64,000 nt of DNA from Gemmatimonadota bacterium (GTDB lineage Bacteria; JBHIER01; G020348925): NCBI GenBank assembly GCA_020348925.1, contig CP070758.1, positions 4,587,775 through 4,651,774 of the forward strand, in the 5' to 3' direction. Below the pieces are notes generated by a model. It did not search any database and was not told where the DNA came from. It saw nothing but the letters and a program-made list of their open reading frames with translations. Shown here one piece after another: positions 11,139 to 20,272 of the stretch. Each line of letters opens with the position of its first letter. The first letter of the stretch is position 1. The position numbers and the translations under genes are program-made.

Positions 11139-11995
11139 TCCCTGAGATGTCGACCCGTCAGATTTAAAAAGACCCCTTCGAGGTCAGGAGTGTCCAAGCG
11201 AAACCGAAGAAGATCCCCTTCTCCCTGAAGCCGGGTCAGCTCTGCTATGGGTTCATCCGTTTCGATACGAATTTCACCACCTGTCCGCTCGGCAATGACG
11301 ACGCTCTTCCCACCGTGGGTATTGATGAGCCCTTGGACGGTGTCGAGGGCCAACAGCTTCCCGTGGTCGATGATACCCACCCGGTCGCACAGTCTTTGTG
11401 CTTCTTCCATGTAGTGGGTGGTGTAAACGATCGTACGGCCTTCCACCCGCATCACTTCTATCTTCTCAAAGATGGCGTTGCGCGATTGGGGATCAACACC
11501 GACCGTGGGCTCATCCAGAAGAAGAAGCGGCGGATCGTGGATGAGAGCAATCGCCAAATTCAACCGTCTTTTCATTCCCCCGGAATAGGTTTTGGCTCTG
11601 TCGCGACATCGTTCCCTGAGATCGACGAAGTCCAGGCACCACGCAATACGATCTTTCAGTCTTTTTCCTGTAAGTCCCTGGATCTTGCCGAAAAATGTCA
11701 GGTTTTCCTCTCCCGAAAGTTCCTCATAAATCGCCAGTGTCTACGGGGCCACACCGATCTGTGCTCGCACCTCGGCTCGAATCGGTCGACCTGATCCATT
11801 CAGTTCGATACTCCCAGCATCAGGTTCCATAAGCCCCACAGCCATATTGACTGTCGTCGTTTTCCCGGCTCCGTTTGGTCCCAAGAGGCCGAAGACTTCA
11901 CCCCTTTTGATATCGAGAGTGAGATCGTCGACGGCCACTATTGAGCCAAAGGATTTTTTTACGTTTTGAAATCGTAGCATGTTCTTCAGTTTCAT
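11135..11995 (-). pseudogene. ABC transporter ATP-binding protein with in-frame amber stop
   Basis: Walker A GPNGAGKT, signature YSGGMKRR and Walker B LLLLDEPT are in one frame, interrupted by TAG at 11741-11743 where the Q-loop Gln is expected (VAP*TLAIYEEL). Confidence 0.88.
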
Positions 11996-12016
11996 TGGTG
12001 AGACACATTAATTGGA

Positions 12017-12043
12017 CACAGATCTGCACAGATACACACAGAT
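12017..12043 (+). repeat. 3x CACAGAT short tandem repeat, 10-bp period
   Basis: cacagat-ctg-cacagat-aca-cacagat. Confidence 0.6.
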
Positions 12044-12096
12044 CTACTTTCGAAAGTTTTCGAACACCTTTCCGCTTGACCTCGGGTTACGACCCT

Positions 12097-12121
12097 CGTT
12101 CCCAAACTCTGTTTGGGAACG
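12097..12121. repeat. REP-like palindrome CGTTCCCAAAC-TCT-GTTTGGGAACG (copy 1)
   Basis: Perfect 11-bp stem; related copy at 49882-49902. Confidence 0.7.
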
Positions 12122-12307
12122 AAAATGCCTAATGAAACTCCGTTTCCTTTCCAATGTCCACTCCCAGACCGTAATTTGGTTGAAGGATCTAAACTGGATT
12201 ATTCATACAATCAACGCAAAAACAACGTAACCGAAATATATTTTAAAAGTTAAAACGAACACTGGTGTTGAACTTTTTCCCACGGCATCTTCAACAAATA
12301 AAGACCA

Positions 12308-12394
12308 TGTCATTCCGGGTTTATCCCGGAATCTCCTGAATTTTGAATCCATTGCACCAATCGAGGAGATTCCGGCACTCAGGCCGGAATGACA
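12308..12394. repeat. TGTCATTCCG...CGGAATGACA double-hairpin palindromic element (REPIN/RPE-like)
   Basis: Terminal inverted repeat plus two internal hairpins; related element at 52816-52909. Confidence 0.7.
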
Positions 12395-12439
12395 GTTCAT
12401 GAATAAAGCAGGCTAAAAGGAGATTCCTCTACGATTACA

Positions 12440-12617
12440 TGAATACATCACTTTATCTTTGTGGGCAAATCCCTTTGTATAATCGATAAAGAAACCCGCA
12501 GCCGGTTCTATCTTCATTATGAACGACCGGTTTTCCATCAGGATCGGTTGTGGTTAAGGCTTAATATCTGTGAGTCGAAAGATAGTCAGTAACTCTTTTT
12601 CTAATTTCGTCCTCCAT
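12440..12617 (-). pseudogene. pyridoxamine-5'-phosphate-oxidase-like protein remnant (internal stop and deletion); end approximate
   Basis: MEDEIRKRVTDYLSTHRY*ALTTTDPDGKPVVH joined out of frame to MKIEPAAGFFIDYTKGFAHKDKV, the N- and C-terminal motifs of the family. Confidence 0.55.
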
Positions 12618-12653
12618 TTCAAGTTCTTTTCTTTTTAGATTTCCATTTGGAAA

Positions 12654-13064
12654 TCATGCTCCGTCCAGGCGAGCCTTAATCTGACGTACAGGTTCGAAGT
12701 CGGCAATAATTTGCCACAAGGCTATTCGCCCATCCTTTACAATGGCCTTCCAGGCGGCCGGTATTTCCCAATGACCGTCAGAGACTGGCTTCCCCTTCAG
12801 AGTATACGTTCCGCTGGCCCTACCGAAAATACCGATGACGTCACCTCTTTGAATCATATCTGTAACCGATACCATATAATCGGGAAACACATCCAGAAAC
12901 TTTTGCCACTCTTCATGAATTTTTTCCTTACCTCTTAATCTTCTGCCGAGTGTATCAACAAATATGTGATCATCGGTCATGAGATCGGTAAGTTTTCCCA
13001 TGTTATGTGTATTAATAGCATCGATGAAATTCAATGTAATTTCAATTTCCATTGTGTTGCTCAT
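12654..13064 (-). CDS. SnoaL-like/NTF2 family protein
   Basis: FIDAINTHN, LMTDDHIFVD, WEIPAAWKA, GRIALWQIIAD; start uncertain (13064 or 13052). Confidence 0.75.
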   Translation of the reverse strand: MSNTMEIEITLNFIDAINTHNMGKLTDLMTDDHIFVDTLGRRLRGKEKIHEEWQKFLDVFPDYMVSVTDMIQRGDVIGIFGRASGTYTLKGKPVSDGHWEIPAAWKAIVKDGRIALWQIIADFEPVRQIKARLDGA

Positions 13065-13066
13065 CG

Positions 13067-13637
13067 TTAAGCTAACCACTCTTCCGGCGGTATCAATAAA
13101 AATGCTTCCGAAGGAATTCCCTGGGATCCAACCAACAATTTTCTTTTTACTGAGAATTCTCCGGCAAAGGTTTCGATGCCAGGTACGGTCGTTCTCCTTC
13201 GTCCACTTTTTACTTCCACCGCCACTAAAACATCACCCCGACGTAACACGAAATCCACTTCTTTTTTTCGACTCGACCAATAAGAGAGCTCTACTTGAGT
13301 ACCTTTGAGACCATTAGCTAAAGCCGCCCCGATTGCCGACTCCACTAATCGACCCCAAAACTCGGAGTCCTCTTTTGCCTTTTCGAAGCTATGTTGAGAC
13401 TGGGCCGTTAGAAGTGCAGTATTTAAAACCAAAAGTTTGGGGCTTGAGGCACGCTGGCGGATTTTCTAACCGGCGTATTTCTGCAACCCGGCCAACATTC
13501 CCGCCGACTCAAGGAGTTTCAAAAAATGGACCAGGGTCGTTCTTTCCTGTCTGTCTCGGGCCCAATACAACCCGGATGAACCGCCTCGGTTCATGTAATC
13601 GACGATGCAGTGATTTGTATATCGGTCTTTTAAACAT
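13067..13637 (-). pseudogene. COG1373-type AAA+ ATPase/DUF4143 protein, internally deleted
   Basis: MFKRPIY...GPRQTGK (Walker A) is joined with a 1-nt shift to TTLVHFLKLL...; TAG at 13466-13468; C-terminal SSPKL, GRLVESAIG, EVDFV, AVEVKSG motifs. Confidence 0.85.
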
Positions 13638-13658
13638 AAGGTTACAAGAGCATTAACA

Positions 13659-13702
13659 ATTTACTCAATACAGTGAGTAAATTTACTCAATACCCTGAGT
13701 AA
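13659..13702. promoter_or_regulatory. two tandem palindromic operator-like sites TTACTCA-N6-TGAGTAA
   Basis: 22-bp direct repeats at 13659-13680 and 13681-13702, each with a perfect 7-bp inverted repeat, about 22 bp upstream of the ATPase ATG. Confidence 0.7.
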
Positions 13703-13761
13703 TATCAATCAAAATCTTTCTTCCTTCTCTACCCTGTAACTGCAACTGTGCAGTCACTTTT

Positions 13762-14190
13762 TTAACGCTTTAACATCGCGCGGATTTTTTCCGCGACGGA
13801 ATCCAAATCCGATCTCGTTGACTCAGGGGTGCGTCCTCTCGCAAACTTGAAGCCGAAGCCATCACCCTGAACACGGGGAATGATGTGAAGATGGACATGA
13901 AATATCTCCTGCCCGGCTGCCGCACCATCGGCCAAATGATAATTGATGCCTTCGCACTTGAACTCACTTTCATGCAATGCTTGGGCAATCAGCATGCCAA
14001 TTCGAAACAGATACCCCCCTGTTTCCTCGGGAAGATCCCTCATGTAAGCCGCATGCTGTGCCGGTATAACCAGCACATGTCCTGGATTGGCGGGAAAAAG
14101 GTCCAGGAAAGCACAACTCACGTCATCCCTGTACACGATGCTCGCCTCAGCCTGACCATTGAGAATATCACAAAATACGCAATTGCTCAT
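13762..14190 (-). CDS. HIT family hydrolase
   Basis: CVFC, PGHVLVIP, AGQEIFHVHLHIIPR histidine triad; AGGAG RBS. Confidence 0.93.
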   Translation of the reverse strand: MSNCVFCDILNGQAEASIVYRDDVSCAFLDLFPANPGHVLVIPAQHAAYMRDLPEETGGYLFRIGMLIAQALHESEFKCEGINYHLADGAAAGQEIFHVHLHIIPRVQGDGFGFKFARGRTPESTRSDLDSVAEKIRAMLKR

Positions 14191-14288
14191 AGGTGCTTAC
14201 TCCTTTTTCACTTCACTTCAAATTCCATAGATAGAACTGGACACGTATGGATCAGATCCGACGGAAAACATATGTTTTGAAATTACTA

Positions 14289-14318
14289 TTGACAACACTC
14301 AATTTCATATCGTATCTT
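14289..14318 (+). promoter_or_regulatory. putative sigma70 promoter
   Basis: TTGACA-18 bp-TATCTT upstream of the 14372 gene. Confidence 0.45.
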
Positions 14319-14371
14319 ACCCTCATGGACAGCCCATGTGATGCGATCGATTCCAATAAGGAGTTCTTGTT

Positions 14372-15271
14372 TTGAACAAACTGGAAAAGATCGGAAATGA
14401 CCATGTTTCAGGCGCAATGGATATTACGATACGTTGTGCCGAATATCTTCGAGAGCGTGCGCAACGGTTTTCGGGGGAGGAACCTGACCAATTCGTCCTC
14501 CATCTGACCACCATCGGAGATCAATTGAAGGAAGCGCAACCAGCAATGGCCCCAGTCCATCATGCAGTCCAATCCATACTTACTCCAGTAAAGAAGAGTT
14601 TCAAGGATGGACTCGATGTTCAGCACCTCAAGGAGGCTACTGATAGTGCAGCCCAAAATTTCATAGATAAAATGAAGTTATCATTAAAACACCTTGCAGA
14701 ATTTGGGTTTACACTTATAGAGAGCGGGCAAAAAATCATGACCTACAGCTCCAGTCGCGCTGTTTCTGAGATATTGAAAAAAGCGAAAAAAGAGGGGAAA
14801 ACTTTTCGTGTGATTGTTCCCGAATCCCGGCCCATGTTGGAAGGACGCATATTGGCCCAGGATTTGGGGTCGAGTGGCATTCAATGTACAATGATTATTG
14901 ACGGAGCCATTTCGATATTTTTAGACGCCGCGGATATCGTGCTCGTTGGAGCGGACAGAGTGTCCGAGACCTATGCCGTTAACAAGGTCGGAACCTTTGC
15001 TCTGGCCCGCATGGCCTTTGACATGCACCTTCCTGTTTACTGCGCCTGCGAGACGAGCAAATTTCTGCATTCGGATCTGCTTCCCTTCATCCAGAACGAG
15101 ATGCCGTCTGAAGAAGTATGGGAAAAATCTCCTGAGAATGTGATCATAAAGAATCTGTATTTCGAGAAAATCCTTCTTGATTCCTTTACCGGATTTATTA
15201 CTGAAAGAGGAATACTCGGAGCAGAGAAGGTTAGAAACCTAATATCGAATAGTCCATTTTCAGAGGATTAA
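14372..15271 (+). CDS. eIF2B alpha/beta/delta-like (IF-2B / MtnA / R15P isomerase superfamily) protein
   Basis: QPAMA, ESRPMLEG, VLVGADRV, VNKVGT, CETSKF, FITERG motifs; AAGGAG RBS with TTG start. Confidence 0.85.
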   Translation: MNKLEKIGNDHVSGAMDITIRCAEYLRERAQRFSGEEPDQFVLHLTTIGDQLKEAQPAMAPVHHAVQSILTPVKKSFKDGLDVQHLKEATDSAAQNFIDKMKLSLKHLAEFGFTLIESGQKIMTYSSSRAVSEILKKAKKEGKTFRVIVPESRPMLEGRILAQDLGSSGIQCTMIIDGAISIFLDAADIVLVGADRVSETYAVNKVGTFALARMAFDMHLPVYCACETSKFLHSDLLPFIQNEMPSEEVWEKSPENVIIKNLYFEKILLDSFTGFITERGILGAEKVRNLISNSPFSED

Positions 15272-15425
15272 GCGTGGAGATTTTCAGAGATAATATTCAG
15301 TGCCAGATTTTGAACGATGGTATTCGATGTCCCCAAATATAACAGAAATCAAGGTTCGCATTGTCCAATACTGAAGCTGTATTGAGCAGTGTACCTCTAT
15401 TCACTAATGTCTTCTCTGAACACAT

Positions 15426-16256
15426 TTAATCCTTCACACAACGTACCGAATGGCCTGCGGACTTGGGGTGACTGCTCCAACTTATACTTGGCGCAATTCG
15501 TGTAAGAACACAATATTTAACATCTGTAGGTTCCCAGCCTCCTTGAGTGATAGTCCAATATTTATCCAAGTCCGGAGATAGATTAAAAATGCCAAAATCG
15601 GATGTCCGTTGCCCTGCACCCTGAGCCCTAAAACCTATATCGGCAAGTCTACTTCCCGCAACTGTCTCGCCGCCTAAATAACTGATGAGTATGTTCCATT
15701 CAGCTTCGGAAGGAATATGCCATCCTGTTGGTGCTAACTTCCCAGTATTGACTGCATACCAATTGTACAATCCGCCGAGAGTATCTCTATTTGAGGAGTT
15801 ATTATTGTACCAGCAATAAGCGGGAGTGACACGACTGCACCATTCCGAATTATCTGTTACGTTAGGAATTGGCTCTCCATCACTGAATTTTGTTGTTTTT
15901 AGATTCTCCGCCATCCATATCTGGTCACCGATTGTTACGACTTTGTATACATTCCCATCTATGTCAGTTACGGTTGTGCCAGAACATCCATCACTGCCCA
16001 AAATGATGTTCACAATCTTCAGTGCGTCCAAAATGTTGATGACTCCTTCTCCATCACAACTCCCTTCAGAGCCATTGCAGTCAGCTCTCCATAAGCCTTG
16101 CTCATCCAAAATGACAATTCCCAATATATGATTGGCGATACTTAATATGTCCAATACATTGATAGAACCATCATTATTCACATCACCCTTTACACCTTCG
16201 TGTGGCTGGGCGAAAAGAGTGATGGGAAGGAAGACAAGAAGTGCGTTTGCTATCAC
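15426..16256 (-). CDS. secreted protein with N-terminal dockerin-like domain and FISUMP (Fibrobacter succinogenes major paralogous) domain
   Basis: GDVNNDGSINVLD...INILDAL; TVTDIDGNVYKVVTIGDQIWMAENLK, GGLYNWYAV, PTGWHIPS, SVRCVKD. Confidence 0.85.
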   Translation of the reverse strand: MIANALLVFLPITLFAQPHEGVKGDVNNDGSINVLDILSIANHILGIVILDEQGLWRADCNGSEGSCDGEGVINILDALKIVNIILGSDGCSGTTVTDIDGNVYKVVTIGDQIWMAENLKTTKFSDGEPIPNVTDNSEWCSRVTPAYCWYNNNSSNRDTLGGLYNWYAVNTGKLAPTGWHIPSEAEWNILISYLGGETVAGSRLADIGFRAQGAGQRTSDFGIFNLSPDLDKYWTITQGGWEPTDVKYCVLTRIAPSISWSSHPKSAGHSVRCVKD

Positions 16257-16633
16257 TTGTGCACAGGTTTTCGTAGGACCACAACCTCCAATTAATTGAT
16301 TTTAATCGTATTATTAAGGTTGAACTTTGAATTGTAATGTTTCTATGATGAATTACCTGAAAAATGCAGCCAAATTATTATGTGGAAAGTGTTGTTTGCT
16401 GATACAAATCAACTTGACCGTCACAGGTGAGATTTTTACTACTCAAAAGAACTTGAGAAAATTTGAGCCTTTTTGCTCTGGACATCACTCCCCATTCAGA
16501 ATGTATTTTTTAAAAAACTTGTTCAAGATTAGTTTATGACACTGTTGATTTTTGTTTCAGCTTTTCTAATTTCTTATGACCTCATAACGGTTTTCTTGAA
16601 TGTACAACCACTATGCTTTTGCCGAAACAACCT

Positions 16634-17323
16634 CTACGGAAGATTGAAGGTCGCTCCGGCTAGGACTGACATTGCCTGAAGATCGTCTTTGCGGCCCTTA
16701 TCCTCATCCTGGGTCTTTATCAAAGCAAACCGACCTTCAAGGAAGAATTCGAACGGCACAACGGGCGGATTCACCTTTACACCGAAGAGCCCATGGATAT
16801 CGAATCTCCCGTTATCCTCGAAGAATTGAACCGTATCTTCAAAATCCTCAGGCGGCTCAGTACCTGCCGAAACATTCTCGGAAAGCTCGGTGTTCAAAAG
16901 ATGCGATCCAATCCCACCACCCATATAGAATGCCACGGGCGACGCTGGGAGCGAGTAAATATTGAATTTCCCGTCGAGACTGATGTAAAGGTCACGGAAA
17001 TCAATCGTATGAGTGTAATCCGGTGTGGGATCACCGGGCGGATATTTAAAAACGTAGAATTCATCCTTGCTGAAATAATCGATGTTCAAATAGACATCGA
17101 CAACGGGAAGCGTTCCAACCTTGACATGTCCACCGTACTGAATTGAGGAACCCACGTCACCGCTCTCAATGGTCTGTTCAAAGATCGTATACCGAAAGAC
17201 GTCCCCTCGATAGTTCCCCAAACCACCGTGAATACCGAAACCGAGACCTGTAATGGCCTGGCTCGAAGCTCCTGTCAGAAAGACAATAATCACTGCGATG
17301 AAAGACGCTTTCAAGTACTGCAT
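16634..17323 (-). CDS. outer-membrane beta-barrel protein
   Basis: Signal peptide, alternating beta-strand pattern, FYMGGGIG, C-terminal AGATFNLP; GGAGG RBS. Confidence 0.7.
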   Translation of the reverse strand: MQYLKASFIAVIIVFLTGASSQAITGLGFGIHGGLGNYRGDVFRYTIFEQTIESGDVGSSIQYGGHVKVGTLPVVDVYLNIDYFSKDEFYVFKYPPGDPTPDYTHTIDFRDLYISLDGKFNIYSLPASPVAFYMGGGIGSHLLNTELSENVSAGTEPPEDFEDTVQFFEDNGRFDIHGLFGVKVNPPVVPFEFFLEGRFALIKTQDEDKGRKDDLQAMSVLAGATFNLP

Positions 17324-17410
17324 GGAACCCTCCTTCCGTTCATTTGAGTGTCATACAAACGACGCATAGGCTTCGACTAAATTAAATACCCACTTTAAAT
17401 TCACTGGTGT

Positions 17411-17439
17411 ATTATATGCCGCGTTTTCTCCCAAGTCAA
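17411..17439 (-). promoter_or_regulatory. sigma70 promoter
   Basis: Minus strand TTGACT-17 bp-TATAAT. Confidence 0.7.
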
Positions 17440-17460
17440 GAACTTTTTTGAAATAAGCGA

Positions 17461-19626
17461 TCAGGCACTCTCCAATTCGCTCAATCGTTCCACACTCAGA
17501 ACGCCCTGAACCCTTTTTACTTTTTTCATGACCCGTCGCAGTTGCTGGAGATTTGCCACTTCGAGCACAAAAATGGTCGACGCACGGCTGTTGACGGTAC
17601 TGGCTTTCGCACTCTGAATGTTCGTATCGGTATCAGCAATCGCCTCAGAAAGATCTCCGAGAAGCCCCTTCCTGTCCTCAGCCACAACATTGATTCCAGT
17701 CAAAAAGGACTGGTCCTTATCAACATGCCACTGGACAGGGACCCGGCGATCCGCCTCACTCATCAATTGAAGACGATTCGGGCAATCAATACGATGAATC
17801 GATATCCCCCGTCCTCTCGTTACATACCCGAGAATATGATCGCCCGGCAGGGGATGACAGCACTTGGCCAACCGAATCATGAGATTATCGACGCCTTCGA
17901 CTTGGACCCCAGTTGGGCTGCGGCGGGCACGTTCAATCACCTTTCCGACAAGCGACTCTTTGGCCCTTTGCTCTTTCGGAGGAAGCAGTTTGTGAACGAC
18001 CTGCAGGACGGAAAGATCACCAGTGCCCAGAGCTGCATACAGACTGCTCAGATCGAAAAACCCGAAATCTTGAGCCACACCTAAGAGATCGTCCTTGGGT
18101 ATCTTCTTGATGCGGTGCTTTTTCAGTTCCCGCTCCACGATCTCCTCACCCAGTTTGACACTCTGCTCGCGGAACTGAACCTTGATCCATGCCCGAATTT
18201 TACCTCTGGCCCGCGGAGTCTGCACAAGATTGAGCCAATCCTGGTTCGGCTTCTGCGAGGGAGAGGTGATGATCTCAACGGTCACACCGCTTTGCAACGG
18301 CGTGCTCAAGGGGACGAACCTGCCGTTGACCCGTGCTCCTGAGCAGTGATAACCGACTTCACTGTGCACCGCAAAGGCAAAATCTATGGGCGTTGAGCCC
18401 CTCGGTAATCGGATAAGATCCCCCTGAGGCGTGAAGACAAAAACTTCCCTTTGAAACAAATCTATCTTCAAAGACTCGAGGAACTCCTTAGGATCAGGCG
18501 TTTCGACCTGCCAATCAACCAGTTGGCGCACCCAGCGCATGTGCTGGTCCAGCTCGTCCTCCTTCTTCTTCCCCTCTTTGTACCTCCAGTGGGCGGCGAT
18601 GCCCTCTTCGGCGATACGATGCATCTCCTCGGTACGAATCTGGATTTCCACCATCTTCCCTCGAGGTCCGATAACGGTGGTGTGCAGGGATTGATACATG
18701 TTCGACTTCGGCGTGGCAATGTAGTCGTCGAACCGGTCTTGCACCGGCGTATAGAGAGTGTGAACCACGCCCAGAGCATGATAACAGTCTTGCACGGTGG
18801 GGACGATGACCCGAATTGCCAGGAGATCTTGAATCTCTTCAAAGGGGACATTGCGCTGGGTTATCTTCAGGTGAATACTTTGGAAATGCTTGGCCCGACC
18901 GTATATCCTGGCCTTTATTTCCGGCTTTTTGAATTCTCTCGTCAACGGTTTCTCCACCTCTTGTATGTACTGTTCGCGCTCCTCGCGAGTATCACTCACC
19001 TTGGCCTCCAACTCTCCGTATGCTTCGGGATCAATATATTTCAGGCTGAGATCCTCTAACTCCCACTTGATCCGCCACATCCCGAACCGATGGGCGAGGG
19101 GCGCGTAAACGTCCATGGTTTCCTGCGCAATTCGCCTCGCCTTCTCGGCACCGAGATGCTCCAACGTCCTCATGTTGTGAAGCCGGTCGGCAAACTTTAT
19201 CAGAATGACACGTATGTCCTGAGCCATGGAGAGCAACATTTTGCGGAAATTTTCCGCCTGCTGCTCCTCTCGGCTCTGAAATTTTAACTCCCCAATCTTT
19301 GTCACACCATCAACAAGCTCGGCAATCTCTTCCCCAAACTCCTCCCGAACGTGCTCGACAGTGATCTTCGTGTCCTCAACCACATCGTGGAGGAGACCGG
19401 CGGCGATCGTAACCGAATCGAGATGGAGTCCGGCCAAAATACGGGCGACCTCAATGCAATGTTCCATATATCGGTGGCCCGATTTCCGAGATTGATCCTT
19501 GTGGGCCATCTCCGAGAAACGATAGGCGTGAGTGATGAAATCGAGATCAGCAATGCGCGAGCTCGATTTCACCTCATTCAATAAGGCACTCAGCTCCGAT
19601 CTGCACCGAATTTCAGTTTTCATCAT
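17461..19626 (-). CDS. spoT: bifunctional (p)ppGpp synthetase/hydrolase (long RSH, Rel/SpoT)
   Basis: LLHDVVEDT hydrolase motif, ADRLHNMRT, YQSLHT, EIQIRT, TGS domain (FTPQG..DFAFAVHS), CC and ACT domains. Confidence 0.95.
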   Translation of the reverse strand: MMKTEIRCRSELSALLNEVKSSSRIADLDFITHAYRFSEMAHKDQSRKSGHRYMEHCIEVARILAGLHLDSVTIAAGLLHDVVEDTKITVEHVREEFGEEIAELVDGVTKIGELKFQSREEQQAENFRKMLLSMAQDIRVILIKFADRLHNMRTLEHLGAEKARRIAQETMDVYAPLAHRFGMWRIKWELEDLSLKYIDPEAYGELEAKVSDTREEREQYIQEVEKPLTREFKKPEIKARIYGRAKHFQSIHLKITQRNVPFEEIQDLLAIRVIVPTVQDCYHALGVVHTLYTPVQDRFDDYIATPKSNMYQSLHTTVIGPRGKMVEIQIRTEEMHRIAEEGIAAHWRYKEGKKKEDELDQHMRWVRQLVDWQVETPDPKEFLESLKIDLFQREVFVFTPQGDLIRLPRGSTPIDFAFAVHSEVGYHCSGARVNGRFVPLSTPLQSGVTVEIITSPSQKPNQDWLNLVQTPRARGKIRAWIKVQFREQSVKLGEEIVERELKKHRIKKIPKDDLLGVAQDFGFFDLSSLYAALGTGDLSVLQVVHKLLPPKEQRAKESLVGKVIERARRSPTGVQVEGVDNLMIRLAKCCHPLPGDHILGYVTRGRGISIHRIDCPNRLQLMSEADRRVPVQWHVDKDQSFLTGINVVAEDRKGLLGDLSEAIADTDTNIQSAKASTVNSRASTIFVLEVANLQQLRRVMKKVKRVQGVLSVERLSELESA

Positions 19627-19670
19627 AGCGTAGACTGTTGATGATACGAGAAAAGAATGACATCAATCTC

Positions 19671-20066
19671 TCAGTGGGCCACCGAACTTCGGATATACTC
19701 GATAATTTCAGTCGTGGGCGTACCCGGTCCGAAGAGCTTTCCGACTCCCATCCGTTCCAACGCATCCATATCTTTTTGGGGGATGATCCCCCCTCCCGTC
19801 AAGAGAACATTGTCCAGTCCCTTCTCGTTCAGCAACGACATGACCCGAGGGAAAACCGTCATATGCGCTCCGGAGAGGATACTCAGCCCTATAACATCCA
19901 CGTCTTCCTGGAGGGCCGCTTCCACCACCATCTCCGGGGTTTGATGCAATCCCGTATAGATGACCTCCATGCCGGCGTCGCGCAACGCCGCTGCGATCAC
20001 TTTCGCCCCGCGATCGTGTCCATCCAACCCCGGTTTGGCAACTAAAACCCTGATCTTTTGCGCCAT
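19671..20066 (-). CDS. icmB: cobalamin-binding small subunit of acyl-CoA mutase (IcmB-like)
   Basis: [13 protein letters not shown] (DxHxxG), SILSGAH, GGGIIP, FGPGT. Confidence 0.85.
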   Translation of the reverse strand: MAQKIRVLVAKPGLDGHDRGAKVIAAALRDAGMEVIYTGLHQTPEMVVEAALQEDVDVIGLSILSGAHMTVFPRVMSLLNEKGLDNVLLTGGGIIPQKDMDALERMGVGKLFGPGTPTTEIIEYIRSSVAH

Positions 20067-20272
20067 TCTATCCCTCCTTGATACCCTATGTTGACATTTT
20101 CACGAGGACCATTCGCAACAGACATGTCACGGTATTCAAAGACTTGTAGTGATAAGCTCAAAATGCATTCTGACATATGATGTTAACCTTACACTTTGCA
20201 TTTTACATTTCCCACTGTGACCTTTCATCACCGAGCGGTATTCACATCTTGGTGTTCCGAGATGAAGCGTGC

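Noticed and set aside
13659-13702. CRISPR-like direct repeat
   Set aside because: Only two abutting units, no spacer and no cas genes
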